In this document: positions 26,910 through 37,262 of the stretch, in pieces | Numbering within the stretch: position 1 is the stretch's first letter | Layout of the letters: the number at the start of each line of letters is the position of its first letter | IMG/VR virus record: IMGVR_UViG_3300025671_000076 | Location: 1-57,375 of that record | Reading direction: 5' to 3' (one strand) | Origin: a virus | Lineage: Duplodnaviria; Caudoviricetes | Length of the DNA: 57,375 bases | The notes under the pieces: model-generated | The model's input: the letters and a program-made list of their open reading frames with translations, nothing else | Told to the model about the DNA's origin: nothing | The model's database searches: none | Position numbers and translations under genes: made by a program

Positions 26910-27788
26910 TTACTTAGGTAATATCAACTCGTCGTAAAAGCTACCTTCATAGGTATGTTCTCCAACATGGACAATAGGATCCATAATATAGGCATAACAT
27001 TTACCGCCTATATCTTTCCATAATTTACAAAAAGAAAAGTCTTCTCCAAGGTATGTTTTAGTTACAGGATCATGTGTAGTATCAAAGAAATTCCACATGT
27101 GTGGTCTATCCACATACTCCCCATTAATTACTGTTTTTTGTACAATTTGTTTGTCAGGATAAGCTTTAATCATTTTATCAAACACACTTCTTTTTATCAT
27201 CATACATCCAGTTGGACTATGTGTTACCTCTATTACACCATCTATGACTTGTATGTTATGTGCATTCTCTACTTTCATTGGATAAGTATGCAATGATTTT
27301 CTTATATCTTCAGGTTCTTTTATTTTACCTTCTTGCATCTTTCTAAATGCTTTATCCCACATTAAAGTTTTAAGAGGATAAGGAATAGATATTACATCCT
27401 TATCTTTATCAAGCATTGTTATAATTGATTGAGCATTAAAATAAATATCTGAATCAATAAACAACATATGTGTCATGTTTGATTCTAAAAAACTACCTAC
27501 ACAAAGATTTCTCCCTTGTGTTACTAAAGAAGATTTCATTAGTTGAAAAGTTATTTGTATTCCTTTAGAAAAACAAAGTTTTTGTAATTCTAGTAAAGCT
27601 TGTGTATAGTGAATAGAACATTCACTATGAACTGGAGTTGCAACAAATATAGAATAAGGAGATTTTTTTAATACTGGTTGTCCGGTGTCCTGTTTCCATA
27701 AAGGAGTAATATTTTTTTTATAAGGTTGTGGAGAAACTTTTAGTTCCTTTAAAGTTTGATAAGTATCTTTATTTATTGTTTCTTTCAC
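26910..27788 (-). CDS. GT-A fold glycosyltransferase-like protein
   Basis: VATP...SLVTQGRN...LFIDSDI (DxD)...TGCMMIKR...GEDFSFC...HVG. Confidence 0.85.
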   Translation of the reverse strand: MKETINKDTYQTLKELKVSPQPYKKNITPLWKQDTGQPVLKKSPYSIFVATPVHSECSIHYTQALLELQKLCFSKGIQITFQLMKSSLVTQGRNLCVGSFLESNMTHMLFIDSDIYFNAQSIITMLDKDKDVISIPYPLKTLMWDKAFRKMQEGKIKEPEDIRKSLHTYPMKVENAHNIQVIDGVIEVTHSPTGCMMIKRSVFDKMIKAYPDKQIVQKTVINGEYVDRPHMWNFFDTTHDPVTKTYLGEDFSFCKLWKDIGGKCYAYIMDPIVHVGEHTYEGSFYDELILPK

Positions 27789-28704
27789 TTATTGCTCCTT
27801 TTAAAAAACTAGTCCATTCCATGCCTTTTTTATTCCAGCTATAAAAACGTTTATAAAATTTTTGTTGTTCATTTAAATGATCTTGTATAAAATCTTCATG
27901 TAAATAGTTAGCCGCTACTTGAATTGCAGCAGCAAAGTCTTTAGCCATTTGTTCATAGTTTGTAGAGTAATTAACGTACACAGGCCACTCAGCACATGTC
28001 TCATATAAAGCTCCAAAGTTATTTGTAATAACATGAACACCAGCTGCTAATGCTTCTAGAGCAGAAACGCAAGATGTTTCTTCAAATATGCTTGGATAAA
28101 CATATAAATCATAATCGGTCATGTGTTGTAAAATATACTCATTTGTTTCATATCCAATATAGTTTACATTTGGTAATTGTTTTGCTTGTTCATATAAAGG
28201 TTTAAACTGATCATCGTTTTGATTTTTAAAAGCTTCTCCATAAACTTGTGTAGATGAATATACATCTAATGTAATGTTAGGATTTTTTATTTCTTGCATA
28301 GCTCTTAACAATACATTCAATCCTCTCCATGGTGTATTATGGTGTAATATTTTTATTGGCTTACCTTTTTGATAAGGTCTTCTAGTAGGAAAATTATTAG
28401 TTCCGTTTTTAATTACAACAGATCTATCAGTTGGTATATCAAAGAAGTATCTAAACTTTTCATAATTCCAATGACTGTTAAATACATACCAATCGTATTC
28501 CTTATGCCTTTCTTTATTACCAAAAAATTCTTGTAAATTAGGTTGATCCCAAGAATTTTTTTGCCAAAGAATATTTACTTTATTAGGATCTAACGGTACT
28601 TTGCCGGGTATTGAGGTACATATCTGTACTTTGTCCAATAATTCTTTACTAACATGTTTTCCTAACAGCTCATGCTGTATTTCAGTTGCTCCTCTAGGAT
28701 TCAT
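27769..28704 (-). CDS. GT-B fold (GT4-like) glycosyltransferase
   Basis: GATE, VFNS-x-W, PWRGL, YPSIFEETSCVSALEALAAG (E-x7-E). Confidence 0.9.
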   Translation of the reverse strand: MNPRGATEIQHELLGKHVSKELLDKVQICTSIPGKVPLDPNKVNILWQKNSWDQPNLQEFFGNKERHKEYDWYVFNSHWNYEKFRYFFDIPTDRSVVIKNGTNNFPTRRPYQKGKPIKILHHNTPWRGLNVLLRAMQEIKNPNITLDVYSSTQVYGEAFKNQNDDQFKPLYEQAKQLPNVNYIGYETNEYILQHMTDYDLYVYPSIFEETSCVSALEALAAGVHVITNNFGALYETCAEWPVYVNYSTNYEQMAKDFAAAIQVAANYLHEDFIQDHLNEQQKFYKRFYSWNKKGMEWTSFLKGAISERNNK

Positions 28705-28902
28705 TTATTTTTTTGTTTTAGCACCCATTGAAACTCTAGTAACTTTTATTTCAAGATCTTGTCTAAAATCTTCTGCAGTAGTATCTGTATTTGGATCAGA
28801 AACATCCGCATCAAATTCAGCTTTGTCTGCATAAACTTTACCAGTTCTTTTATTTTTAACTATTTCTTTTGCTTCAGCAGGTATTTTAATTAAATCACTC
28901 AT
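28705..28902 (-). CDS. Conserved small hypothetical protein
   Basis: NKRTGKVY...D-x-x-DPNTDT pattern; GGGAG SD. Confidence 0.75.
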   Translation of the reverse strand: MSDLIKIPAEAKEIVKNKRTGKVYADKAEFDADVSDPNTDTTAEDFRQDLEIKVTRVSMGAKTKK

Positions 28903-28904
28903 AA

Positions 28905-29033
28905 TTATCTCCCTTGTTTATTATATTTCTTATAATCTCTTTTTTCACTTTTTGAAAGTCTTTTTTTATGACGTCCTGGACGTTTTTTAGGTTTTGGTCT
29001 AGGTACGAAGTGTGTAAATTTTTGTTTAGCCAT
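28905..29033 (-). CDS. 42-aa highly basic protein (MAKQKFTHFVPRPKPKKRPGRHKKR...)
   Basis: Manual translation; coupled to the upstream stop. Confidence 0.7.
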   Translation of the reverse strand: MAKQKFTHFVPRPKPKKRPGRHKKRLSKSEKRDYKKYNKQGR

Positions 29034-29595
29034 AATTTAACCCTATATTAAAAGAAATAGAAATTCTAGCTGTGTCTTCAAAATGAGGTTTTACCATATG
29101 ACATAAGGATGATGGAAATAAAAGAATCATGTGTTTTTTTGGTTTTATTTGATAATTATTATTAAATTCTTGAGATTCAATAAAATCATCAAGACCAATA
29201 AACGTCTTAGCTCCATCTTTAAAAAATAATATTTCTCCATTTTCTTTAGGGACATCTAAATAATAAACTCCAGAAAAATGTGAATCAGGATGTACGTGTG
29301 GTAAATTAAAATTATATTTTTTATTTTTATTTATCCACAAATTCTTTAAAGAAAAAATTGTATTCCTTTTAAGTTTGTAGTTACTTGTTATTAAAGTAAC
29401 ACATTTTTCTAAAATATTATTAACAATATTTTTATTATTTATAGAATCAGTTTGAAAACCCCCAAAATTAGATTTTACAACATTTTTATTATTTTTTTCT
29501 TTTAAAGATAAAATATTATATATTTCCTCATCAATGTTTAAATTATGAAAAGTATCAACTATTAAAGATTCGTTAAAAATTTTTACTTTAGCCAT
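29026..29595 (-). CDS. 2OG-Fe(II) oxygenase (TIGR02466-like)
   Basis: SN-x-GG-x-Q, W-x-N, H-x-HP-x-S-x-FSGVYY, FPS-x-L-x-H-x-V, RISISFN. Confidence 0.9.
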   Translation of the reverse strand: MAKVKIFNESLIVDTFHNLNIDEEIYNILSLKEKNNKNVVKSNFGGFQTDSINNKNIVNNILEKCVTLITSNYKLKRNTIFSLKNLWINKNKKYNFNLPHVHPDSHFSGVYYLDVPKENGEILFFKDGAKTFIGLDDFIESQEFNNNYQIKPKKHMILLFPSSLCHMVKPHFEDTARISISFNIGLNYG

Positions 29596-29926
29596 TTTGA
29601 TCTGATCTATTTATTTCAAGAATAGATACCACAGCTGAGACTGAATTGGTAGTGTTACATTCAATATTTAATGTGTCACTCTCTTCAAGTATAATTGGCC
29701 CTTTAGCTATATTACAAATAGTTGGACCAGAGATAGATGCATAAGCTATTTGTATTGTAGATGTAGATGAGCTATCTGTAATACTAGCTTTCAATACTTT
29801 AGATCCAGATTCGTTTGTAACTTGTATGTTTTGTATAATAGCACGTGAGTTAGACGGTGACGTATATACTGTCACTGCAGCTGTAGTATTAGGATCATAG
29901 AATGCATTTTTATAAATATTAGCCAT
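29588..29926 (-). CDS. Small beta-rich virion protein
   Basis: MAN-x-YKN...YT-x-P...ILEESD-x-L...SILEI pattern in the tail module. Confidence 0.7.
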   Translation of the reverse strand: MANIYKNAFYDPNTTAAVTVYTSPSNSRAIIQNIQVTNESGSKVLKASITDSSSTSTIQIAYASISGPTICNIAKGPIILEESDTLNIECNTTNSVSAVVSILEINRSDQNG

Positions 29927-31157
29927 TTGTCGTATCGTACCATTTTAATGAACCAATAACACCATCATTATTAGATGCACCTTTAGCACATAAAGTTAGT
30001 GTGTCAGATACACCTGCTATTGTTTGTCCAAGTTGATATTCAAAATTAAAACCATCTCCAAAGTTTTCAATAGAAACTCCTTTACCCGATAAATAAGTTC
30101 TATTTATAATCGTTCCTCCTGTTATGGTTTTAGTACCATCTAAATCATACTCTACATCATCAGAATAACTTGTATATGAAAACGCTGTTGAAGGAGTTGC
30201 GTTTTGTCTTAACTGTACTTCAAAGTCAGAATTAGCTACAGCAGAAGCTATAAAACCTTGAGGAATAATAAGTGCATAAGGTCTTCCTGATTTAATTCTA
30301 ATGGTTCCTAAATTATAAAATGTACCAGCTGTTGTTAAAGTAACTCCAGCTAATGAAGCAGTTCCAACTGATTGAATAATTCCTTGTGGAGAATAGCCAC
30401 CTTCAATCATACAAGAAGAACATACTTGTTGTAATACCGCTGCACCAGATATCGTTCCTGTCGTTTCTATTTCATACCTAATAGGTAGGTTTGCAGTTTG
30501 CATATAAACCGTATCTAAATTATTTGCATTTAAAAAAGTATGCGCTGTAATAAATTTACCATCTATTACAAAACCAACTCTAACAGCTCCCATTCCTAAC
30601 CATTCATAATCCGTAAATAAAATAGTTGCTTTAGTTGGGTTTAAATCATATCCACTTGCACCTGTACCATCTAATTTATCACCATTCCAAGCTGACTGTG
30701 CAATTGGATCATCAACACTTGAACCTGATGTATAACTTCTTCTTACAATTTGATAACCTGTGCCAGTGTCTTCAAAAAAGATTCCATTGTTTGCATCAAA
30801 ACTTCCAACACGTTGTTCTAATCCAGATTCTTGTGCATTCATGACAAATGTATTAAATATAAATAATGACTTACCTGGTTGATAAGACATAACTCTTTTG
30901 GATTGTCTAATCACTTTGTCACCACTAGCTGTAGTTACATTTAAATTAACCGTAGATTTATTTGCGGTATAAGTAACCGTTCCTGATCCAGTTAAGTCTT
31001 CATCAAAAAGATTATTTTTTGACATTACATTTGTACTATCAAAAATAGTAAATGGATTAGAAACTCTTAATCTTCCAAATGCATCATAAGCATTTGACCC
31101 GTCTCCACCACCGATTACGGTTGGTTCAACATTAACGTTGTTACATCCTTGGCTCAT
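29919..31157 (-). CDS. Virion structural / fibre-like protein
   Basis: DAFGRLRVSNP...YQPGKS...WLG-x-G-x-VR-x-GF...NLPIRYE; Thr/Ser/Gly-rich. Confidence 0.75.
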   Translation of the reverse strand: MSQGCNNVNVEPTVIGGGDGSNAYDAFGRLRVSNPFTIFDSTNVMSKNNLFDEDLTGSGTVTYTANKSTVNLNVTTASGDKVIRQSKRVMSYQPGKSLFIFNTFVMNAQESGLEQRVGSFDANNGIFFEDTGTGYQIVRRSYTSGSSVDDPIAQSAWNGDKLDGTGASGYDLNPTKATILFTDYEWLGMGAVRVGFVIDGKFITAHTFLNANNLDTVYMQTANLPIRYEIETTGTISGAAVLQQVCSSCMIEGGYSPQGIIQSVGTASLAGVTLTTAGTFYNLGTIRIKSGRPYALIIPQGFIASAVANSDFEVQLRQNATPSTAFSYTSYSDDVEYDLDGTKTITGGTIINRTYLSGKGVSIENFGDGFNFEYQLGQTIAGVSDTLTLCAKGASNNDGVIGSLKWYDTTNG

Positions 31158-31158
31158 A

Positions 31159-31326
31159 TTACCTCATTGTATACCAAGAAACTCTTTCGACTTCTTGTTT
31201 TAATTCTTCTTGATAAGAAGTGTTTAATTTATCTTTCATTGTTTGTAAAGATTGAGAGACCTGTCTTTGGTTTTCTTCAGTATAAACTGGTGTAGGTTCA
31301 GGTATTTGTATATCAATTCTAGCCAT
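31159..31326 (-). CDS. Small tail-associated protein (55 aa, MARIDIQIPEP...)
   Basis: Manual translation; TAATG coupling after the nozzle gene. Confidence 0.7.
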   Translation of the reverse strand: MARIDIQIPEPTPVYTEENQRQVSQSLQTMKDKLNTSYQEELKQEVERVSWYTMR

Positions 31327-33464
31327 TATCTTCTTCCATCAGGTTTTATATCAGCTCTAAAAGTTCCGTATCTCCAATTCTGATCGGTAGAAGTATTTGC
31401 TATTCTTAAACTAGCTGCTCTACCTCTTGCTCTAGTATCCACTTTATCTGTTGATGAATTGACTGTAAAAGGACCTAAGGGAGATGATGAAGAACTATCT
31501 GTAGAATAATTTCTAAGATTTATTGTGACTTCTGCATTTCCAGTTAATAATTTAAAGTCAGGTAAAAATCTTCTCATACTCATAAAGACTTCACCATCTG
31601 TTATATCAAAGTCACCTGATTGTATAAATGCAAGTATTGCTGTTTTATTACCATCAGAATCTACTTCGTTATTACCAACTTCATGCTCATAATAAATAGA
31701 AGCACCATTTACATTAGTTACTCCTTGTATAGTTGGAAAAGTTGGAGTGCCTGAAGAATTAAATTTAGTTGCATATGGATTATCATACAATGTAGCATCA
31801 TGCCAAGAAGTTCTAGCTAAAGATCCAGTTGTCCACGTACGTTCTGTATAATTAAATGTAACAACTCTATCTGGTTCTACTGAACCTGCTTTAGGATAGA
31901 ACCAAGATATTTCTTCATACAAATGATTTAATCCAGCATATACTTGTTCACCTGCATTGTAATTAATTCCTAAATTATTTCCTTTATCTGTAAATACAAA
32001 ATCTTCTACCAAACAAGGTACATTTTTAACTGTACCATCATAAACAAAAAATCCACCTGCTTGACCCATCCACCATACAGCTCCATTAACATATTTAATT
32101 GCATGTTGTCCGATTGCTCCACAGTTAGAACCTACCTGTCTAATAGAAAATGTAAATGGTGGACCAACAAACTGCATGACATATGCAGAGGTGTCGGTAA
32201 GAATTAAGATATAATCTTTACCTTTTACCGCTCCTATAATTTTTACACCAGAATCTAATCTAAAAGTTCCTGCAGTATTTGTAGAGGTAGGAGTATAATC
32301 AGCAATACTCTCTTGATCAGAAAATCTAATAAACATTTTATCTTGTGATGATTCACTACCTATAGTTGTTTCAGTTCCAAGAATAATTAAATGTCTATCT
32401 CTTTCAGATACAATAGACATTACTGATCGTGTTGGAGCTCCACTTATAACTGCTGCTCTTGTTTGTAATGCAGAAGAAGATGCTTGAAGTGGATCCCAAT
32501 AATAAGTTTTTCCATTTTTTACAGTTGCAATAAGTTTTTGTCCAAAATGATCTAGTGACCATGAAGCTGGATCTAGTAATACAGAAGAGCTTGTAGATGA
32601 TTCTCCCCATGCAGTATAAAATTCTACTGATGCTCCATCAGCATGAGCCGAACGTGTTCCTGCTACATCTCTCGTAATCCCTGTTAAATCATTACCAGAT
32701 ACTCCAGTATAAGAAATAAATTCTGCTCCAACTTTAATTGTGCCTGATGTTGGAAATCCAGTAACTGTATTTAGTGTAATATCAGTCCCAGTTCCTCCAG
32801 TTCCGTTAGTGTCATCTAACAATGCTCCGTTTAAAGTAGAAATAACTCCAGAGGCACCACCAAATGTTGAAGTGCCCCAACCGTAACCATAACTTTGTGT
32901 AAGTGGTCCTGGTTTAATATATGGATTAACGGTTGCAGCTCCACCTGCAGAAATAGTTGCTGTTGCAGCAGTTGCCATTGTAATTGTAAAAGTATCATTT
33001 GTTGGAACAGTCACTACTTCAAAAGTATTTGTTTCAAAGTCTGCTGCTACATATCCTGCGCCAGGTGTTGTAACTGATGTAAATGTAAATAAATCTCCTG
33101 CAAATAATCCATGGGCTACTTTGTTTACAGTAACTGTAGCCGATGTATCTGTAGTATCAAATGTAATTCCAGTAATGGCTGTATCTAATGGAGTAATATC
33201 ATAAAAGGCTCCTTCATAATAAATTGCTAATATTCTATTTGTTCCAAGAGCAGCGTATCTTCTACCGTCTAAATCTGCCCAAACAAGCTGTTCTCTTACA
33301 GCACCAACTAATGTATCTCCGTTAATTTGTTGCCAACCCCCTATTTTTTCTGGAAGTCCATATCTAAATCTAACAAAATCCCCATCAGTCCACTGTCCCT
33401 CAGCTCCTGTTGCAGTTACTTGTTTGTTAAATCCTGGCGCTATTTGTACGTTTGTTAAAGGCAT
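31326..33464 (-). CDS. Tail nozzle / stabilisation protein (P22 gp10- / T7 gp12-like)
   Basis: PG-x-NKQ...VRFRYGLPEKIGGW, beta-propeller-like repeats, RFSDQE, TRARGR, terminal PDGRR. Confidence 0.8.
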   Translation of the reverse strand: MPLTNVQIAPGFNKQVTATGAEGQWTDGDFVRFRYGLPEKIGGWQQINGDTLVGAVREQLVWADLDGRRYAALGTNRILAIYYEGAFYDITPLDTAITGITFDTTDTSATVTVNKVAHGLFAGDLFTFTSVTTPGAGYVAADFETNTFEVVTVPTNDTFTITMATAATATISAGGAATVNPYIKPGPLTQSYGYGWGTSTFGGASGVISTLNGALLDDTNGTGGTGTDITLNTVTGFPTSGTIKVGAEFISYTGVSGNDLTGITRDVAGTRSAHADGASVEFYTAWGESSTSSSVLLDPASWSLDHFGQKLIATVKNGKTYYWDPLQASSSALQTRAAVISGAPTRSVMSIVSERDRHLIILGTETTIGSESSQDKMFIRFSDQESIADYTPTSTNTAGTFRLDSGVKIIGAVKGKDYILILTDTSAYVMQFVGPPFTFSIRQVGSNCGAIGQHAIKYVNGAVWWMGQAGGFFVYDGTVKNVPCLVEDFVFTDKGNNLGINYNAGEQVYAGLNHLYEEISWFYPKAGSVEPDRVVTFNYTERTWTTGSLARTSWHDATLYDNPYATKFNSSGTPTFPTIQGVTNVNGASIYYEHEVGNNEVDSDGNKTAILAFIQSGDFDITDGEVFMSMRRFLPDFKLLTGNAEVTINLRNYSTDSSSSSPLGPFTVNSSTDKVDTRARGRAASLRIANTSTDQNWRYGTFRADIKPDGRR

Positions 33465-33508
33465 ATCGAATTATACCACGTTAGAATTATTAAATCTATT
33501 ATATATAT

Positions 33509-33733
33509 TTATTTAAGTTTTACTTCTGAATCATCAAATGAGATTTTGTCTTGAAATTTAGGGTCAAGTTTTAAATATTTTTGGTGTATTTCAGCTACAA
33601 TTCTAGCAAGACCATTAACAAAATGTCTTCCATCATCATAATTAATTGTGACCTTACCTTTGTCGTTTATTAACTTTGCTTCTTCTTTAGTAAATACAAT
33701 TTTACAATTATCTTCTTCCCAAATAAATTTCAT
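33509..33733 (-). CDS. Hypothetical protein
   Basis: ORF ending the oxygenase cassette. Confidence 0.65.
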   Translation of the reverse strand: MKFIWEEDNCKIVFTKEEAKLINDKGKVTINYDDGRHFVNGLARIVAEIHQKYLKLDPKFQDKISFDDSEVKLK

Positions 33734-33734
33734 A

Positions 33735-34271
33735 TCAATTTTTAGGTATCCCTAAAGTTTGTCTACCATCCCATTTAAGATTTTTAAATTCACCATTTTT
33801 TAAAACATAATGAAAAAAAATTTGAAAAGAATAATCTCCATTATATTCTTCTCTCCAATGTTCTAACTTTCCACCAAAATACAAAACACCATCTCCTGGT
33901 TTAATTATTATTTTTTCTCCATCTATGAAAAGAGGCCACTCATTATCTGCCTTAACATTTACACTAATAGTTACTTCACAAGAAGGTCTGTCTGTGTGTT
34001 TTTTTAAACTAGAAAATTTTTTATACAATCTCCAAAAACTGTAAGTTTCAATTAATTCAAAGTTACTTGCTTTTTCAAATATTTGTTTTTTAGACTCCAA
34101 CAAAGAATCCGTAACAGGATCTCCGTATCTAATCGTTTCATTTAAAGGTGTTTGTTGGCAAAAAGTAGTTTGATTGCTAAGGTTATATAATTTTGCATAA
34201 TTAAATAATAGTTCTCTTTCATCATTAGAAAGTATATTTTTAATATAAATATATTTATTTAAATCATCCAT
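33735..34271 (-). CDS. 2OG-Fe(II) oxygenase-like protein
   Basis: YS-x-x-R-x-Y...HTDRPSCE...PGD-x-x-x-Y-x-G...HWRE...Q-x-F-x-HY. Confidence 0.85.
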   Translation of the reverse strand: MDDLNKYIYIKNILSNDERELLFNYAKLYNLSNQTTFCQQTPLNETIRYGDPVTDSLLESKKQIFEKASNFELIETYSFWRLYKKFSSLKKHTDRPSCEVTISVNVKADNEWPLFIDGEKIIIKPGDGVLYFGGKLEHWREEYNGDYSFQIFFHYVLKNGEFKNLKWDGRQTLGIPKN

Positions 34272-34828
34272 GATACAATAGTAAATCTTGTTCCTTCAAT
34301 TACTGGTGTTGCTTGATGTGGGTATAAAAAGTTACTTGGCCATAAAACAATTTTTCCAGGTTGTGGTTTTATTTCTAAAATTAAATTTTTTTGATTAGGT
34401 TCAAAAAACTGTAAATAACCTCCTTCATAATCATTATTTAAAAAAATAATAGCAGAAAGTTCTCTATGAGTTTTAAGACCACTATCATTATGTGTTTTAT
34501 AAAAACCACCCTTATTATATTTTAATAAAGTTATACCTTCAATTACTGATATTCGATAATCTATTTCTCTTTCATTAAAATATTTTTCAGAAGTATTTAC
34601 TAAACCTGCACAAATTAAATTAAACCAATGTGCTTCAGTAATTCCCTTAAACTTTGACAGACCATAATTTTTTACATCTCTGATATTTTTATTAATTTTA
34701 GAAGATCCATCATTTGATATAATAGATGCTTCTTCAAACTCTTCTATATTACCAAACGTTTTTAAAAAAGCTGAAACATGTTCTGGAGTAAAAAAATTAT
34801 AAACTCCAATAAAATTTTTTATCTCCAT
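34259..34828 (-). CDS. Prolyl-4-hydroxylase-like 2OG-Fe(II) oxygenase
   Basis: H-x-D...R-x-LS...LNNDYEGG-x-L-x-F...PSNFLYPH-x-A-x-PV-x-x-GTR. Confidence 0.9.
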   Translation of the reverse strand: MEIKNFIGVYNFFTPEHVSAFLKTFGNIEEFEEASIISNDGSSKINKNIRDVKNYGLSKFKGITEAHWFNLICAGLVNTSEKYFNEREIDYRISVIEGITLLKYNKGGFYKTHNDSGLKTHRELSAIIFLNNDYEGGYLQFFEPNQKNLILEIKPQPGKIVLWPSNFLYPHQATPVIEGTRFTIVSWMI

Positions 34829-35565
34829 TTTTGTTTATTCCAAAGAGTTTTTTCATACCACTTCATTAAAAAAGTAGTCATTTGAAAAAGAATAGAATCC
34901 ATTTTTTTTTCGTCCCATTCTTCAATTTTCATTTTCCAACTTTCTTTTTTAAACGGAAAGACACTAGCAATAGGAGTTCCTTTTTCTAAAACCCAAGTAC
35001 CTTCTTTTTTAATTACACAGGGAAAATTTGTAGGTAAAGCACAAGGCCCGTCTACAATTCCTGAAAAAATTTCAAATCTTTTTTCAGCTCTATTAATAGG
35101 TTGCATATAAAAAACTGAATAACCTTTTGGAACAAGGATAGTCCAAGGATTTAAAATCTTAAATATAGGAAAATTTTTATTTTCTTTGACAAAGGGGCAT
35201 TTTTTTCCTCCTACTTGATCTATATTATGTACTTCTCCATGTGTACCCATGTTTACACCTATATATTGTTTTTTATCTCTAAAAAAACCCATAGAGTTTG
35301 CATACTCCAACCAAGCATTTAACTTGTCGTCTGGACCTTTTACGTTAAAATTAATTTTTTGGTCAATAGGATTTTTTAAAATATAGCCCGCAGTAAGACT
35401 ATCTAAAAAAGGTTTACAAGCTTTGATAGTACGTTCTGTATGGATATCAGGATTTGGTACATCTTTGTACCACTGTGGTATATTAAGTATTGCAGGTTCT
35501 GGATGAATGGATTTGTCTTTTACAATATTTGGATGAGCTGCAAAAGTAATTATTCTTTCATTCAT
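34819..35565 (-). CDS. Conserved hypothetical protein found with oxygenase clusters
   Basis: P-x-WYK...TIKAC-x-PFLD-x-L-x-x-GY...NPW...GIVD...KGTP...PFK-x-E-x-W. Confidence 0.75.
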   Translation of the reverse strand: MNERIITFAAHPNIVKDKSIHPEPAILNIPQWYKDVPNPDIHTERTIKACKPFLDSLTAGYILKNPIDQKINFNVKGPDDKLNAWLEYANSMGFFRDKKQYIGVNMGTHGEVHNIDQVGGKKCPFVKENKNFPIFKILNPWTILVPKGYSVFYMQPINRAEKRFEIFSGIVDGPCALPTNFPCVIKKEGTWVLEKGTPIASVFPFKKESWKMKIEEWDEKKMDSILFQMTTFLMKWYEKTLWNKQKWR

Positions 35566-36002
35566 TAGAGTTCCATCGAAGACGGAACCTGTATATCATT
35601 TTTTATTAAACAATCAACCCAATTATAACCTGTGATAGGATAGGTCAAAGAATCTATATTAATAGCTTTTAAAGTATTTAAATTAGTAGTCCAAATCGCA
35701 GGAGGATTTGTTGCAAATTGAATTGCTGTTTCGAGATTTTTTATAAGCTTATTCAGTTCTGATCTTATATCCTCTACACTAAAAGAATCTTGAACTCCCT
35801 GGTTATCAATCAAGGAAATATTTAAAGGCTGGCGTGAAGTAAAAACTTTATTTCCTGATTGAAGTAAAGAATAATCTGCATCTGAAATTTCTTCATAAGA
35901 AGAAATATCGACAAAATTATTTATCCAAAAATCTCTGGATTCTATATCTTCACAAATTCTTATATAATGATTATCTGTATTTTTTAAAACAAACTTTGCC
36001 AT
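35565..36002 (-). CDS. Putative tail-fibre assembly/accessory protein
   Basis: Directly follows the fibre gene. Confidence 0.55.
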   Translation of the reverse strand: MAKFVLKNTDNHYIRICEDIESRDFWINNFVDISSYEEISDADYSLLQSGNKVFTSRQPLNISLIDNQGVQDSFSVEDIRSELNKLIKNLETAIQFATNPPAIWTTNLNTLKAINIDSLTYPITGYNWVDCLIKNDIQVPSSMEL

Positions 36003-36004
36003 AA

Positions 36005-37225
36005 TTATGTTCCTGAGTTGTCATAAAGTAAGAAAAATCCTGGAGTGCCAGGAGTTGAATTATTAGTAGCTCTTGCGGCTCCGGCACCACCTGTTCCTTT
36101 GTTATAGTAAATAGTTTCTGAACCCGTTAAACCGGTTTGAGCTCCTGGAGAACTTCCTGGATTACCGGGTTGACTTAAAACACCACCGTTTCCACCATTA
36201 GCAGTTCCAATACTTGTAACATTTGTAGCCCCTCCTGGAGATCCAGCATCAAAACCATTACCTTTGCCTCCACCATTTCCTACTGAGTATGGATAACCTG
36301 TACCGCCTGTAATTGGAGCAAAATAAAAACCAAATCCTCCATCACCGCCAGCACCACCACTAGCCTGATTATTAGGGTTTCCACCACCAGATCCTCCACC
36401 GCCACCGCCTTTTATAAAAGCTGACGCATTGTTTGCGGCTGGGTTAGCTGTGTATGTTCCTGTAGCACCACCATTAAAAGCATGAGATCTAACAACGTCT
36501 TGAGCACCTGATGCCCCACTTGATGCAGCAGTAATTCTTCCATCAGCATCTACAGTAATTGTAGCTGAAGTATATTCTGCAGCAGTAACGCCAGTTGAAA
36601 TTAATTGATCTGGACCAACTGAGTCAGTAGCAAGTTTTGCTTGTGTAATTGTAGATTGAGCAATTTTATCAGCAGTAACTGCTGATGCAGCAAGTTTTGC
36701 TTCTGTAACATTTAAGTTTGAAATTTTTGCAGTAGTCACCGCATTGTCAGAAAGTTTTGCAGTAGAAATTGCAGCATCATCAATTTGTGCTGTAGCAATT
36801 GTTCCACCCAAAGTGTTTAATGCAATCTCGTTTAAATTTGTTCCATCAGAATAAGCAGCAACGATTGCAGCTTCACCTGCAGTAAAACCAGTTCCACTTA
36901 CAGTTTTAATTGTTAAATTTGTTACACCTGTTACAGCAGATAAATCAAAGATATAAAATTTTTCAATTGAGTCTGGAATAGTTACAGTTGATGCAGTTGT
37001 TAAAGTTCCAGTAAACTTTAAAACCATGTTTCTTGCATTTGAGATAGCTTTATCTGTCATTGCAAGAGCAACAGTTCCACCATCAGAAAGTGCTACTGAT
37101 TCAAAACCTGCAATTGCTTGTTGAATTAAGTTTAAGTTATTATTTGTATTTTCACCCCATGTACCAGCGTTTTCGCCAGTTTGCATTAATTCGAGTTTTA
37201 GATCTGTTGAATAACTAGATGCCAT
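36005..37225 (-). CDS. Tail fibre protein
   Basis: MASSYS-x-x-LKLELM-x-TGENAGTWG anchor, VT-x-AKI/L repeats, TVDADGRITAA, Gly-rich C-terminus. Confidence 0.85.
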   Translation of the reverse strand: MASSYSTDLKLELMQTGENAGTWGENTNNNLNLIQQAIAGFESVALSDGGTVALAMTDKAISNARNMVLKFTGTLTTASTVTIPDSIEKFYIFDLSAVTGVTNLTIKTVSGTGFTAGEAAIVAAYSDGTNLNEIALNTLGGTIATAQIDDAAISTAKLSDNAVTTAKISNLNVTEAKLAASAVTADKIAQSTITQAKLATDSVGPDQLISTGVTAAEYTSATITVDADGRITAASSGASGAQDVVRSHAFNGGATGTYTANPAANNASAFIKGGGGGGSGGGNPNNQASGGAGGDGGFGFYFAPITGGTGYPYSVGNGGGKGNGFDAGSPGGATNVTSIGTANGGNGGVLSQPGNPGSSPGAQTGLTGSETIYYNKGTGGAGAARATNNSTPGTPGFFLLYDNSGT

Positions 37226-37262
37226 AAATTTTGTCTCCTAAATAATTATAATTTTACCTTAA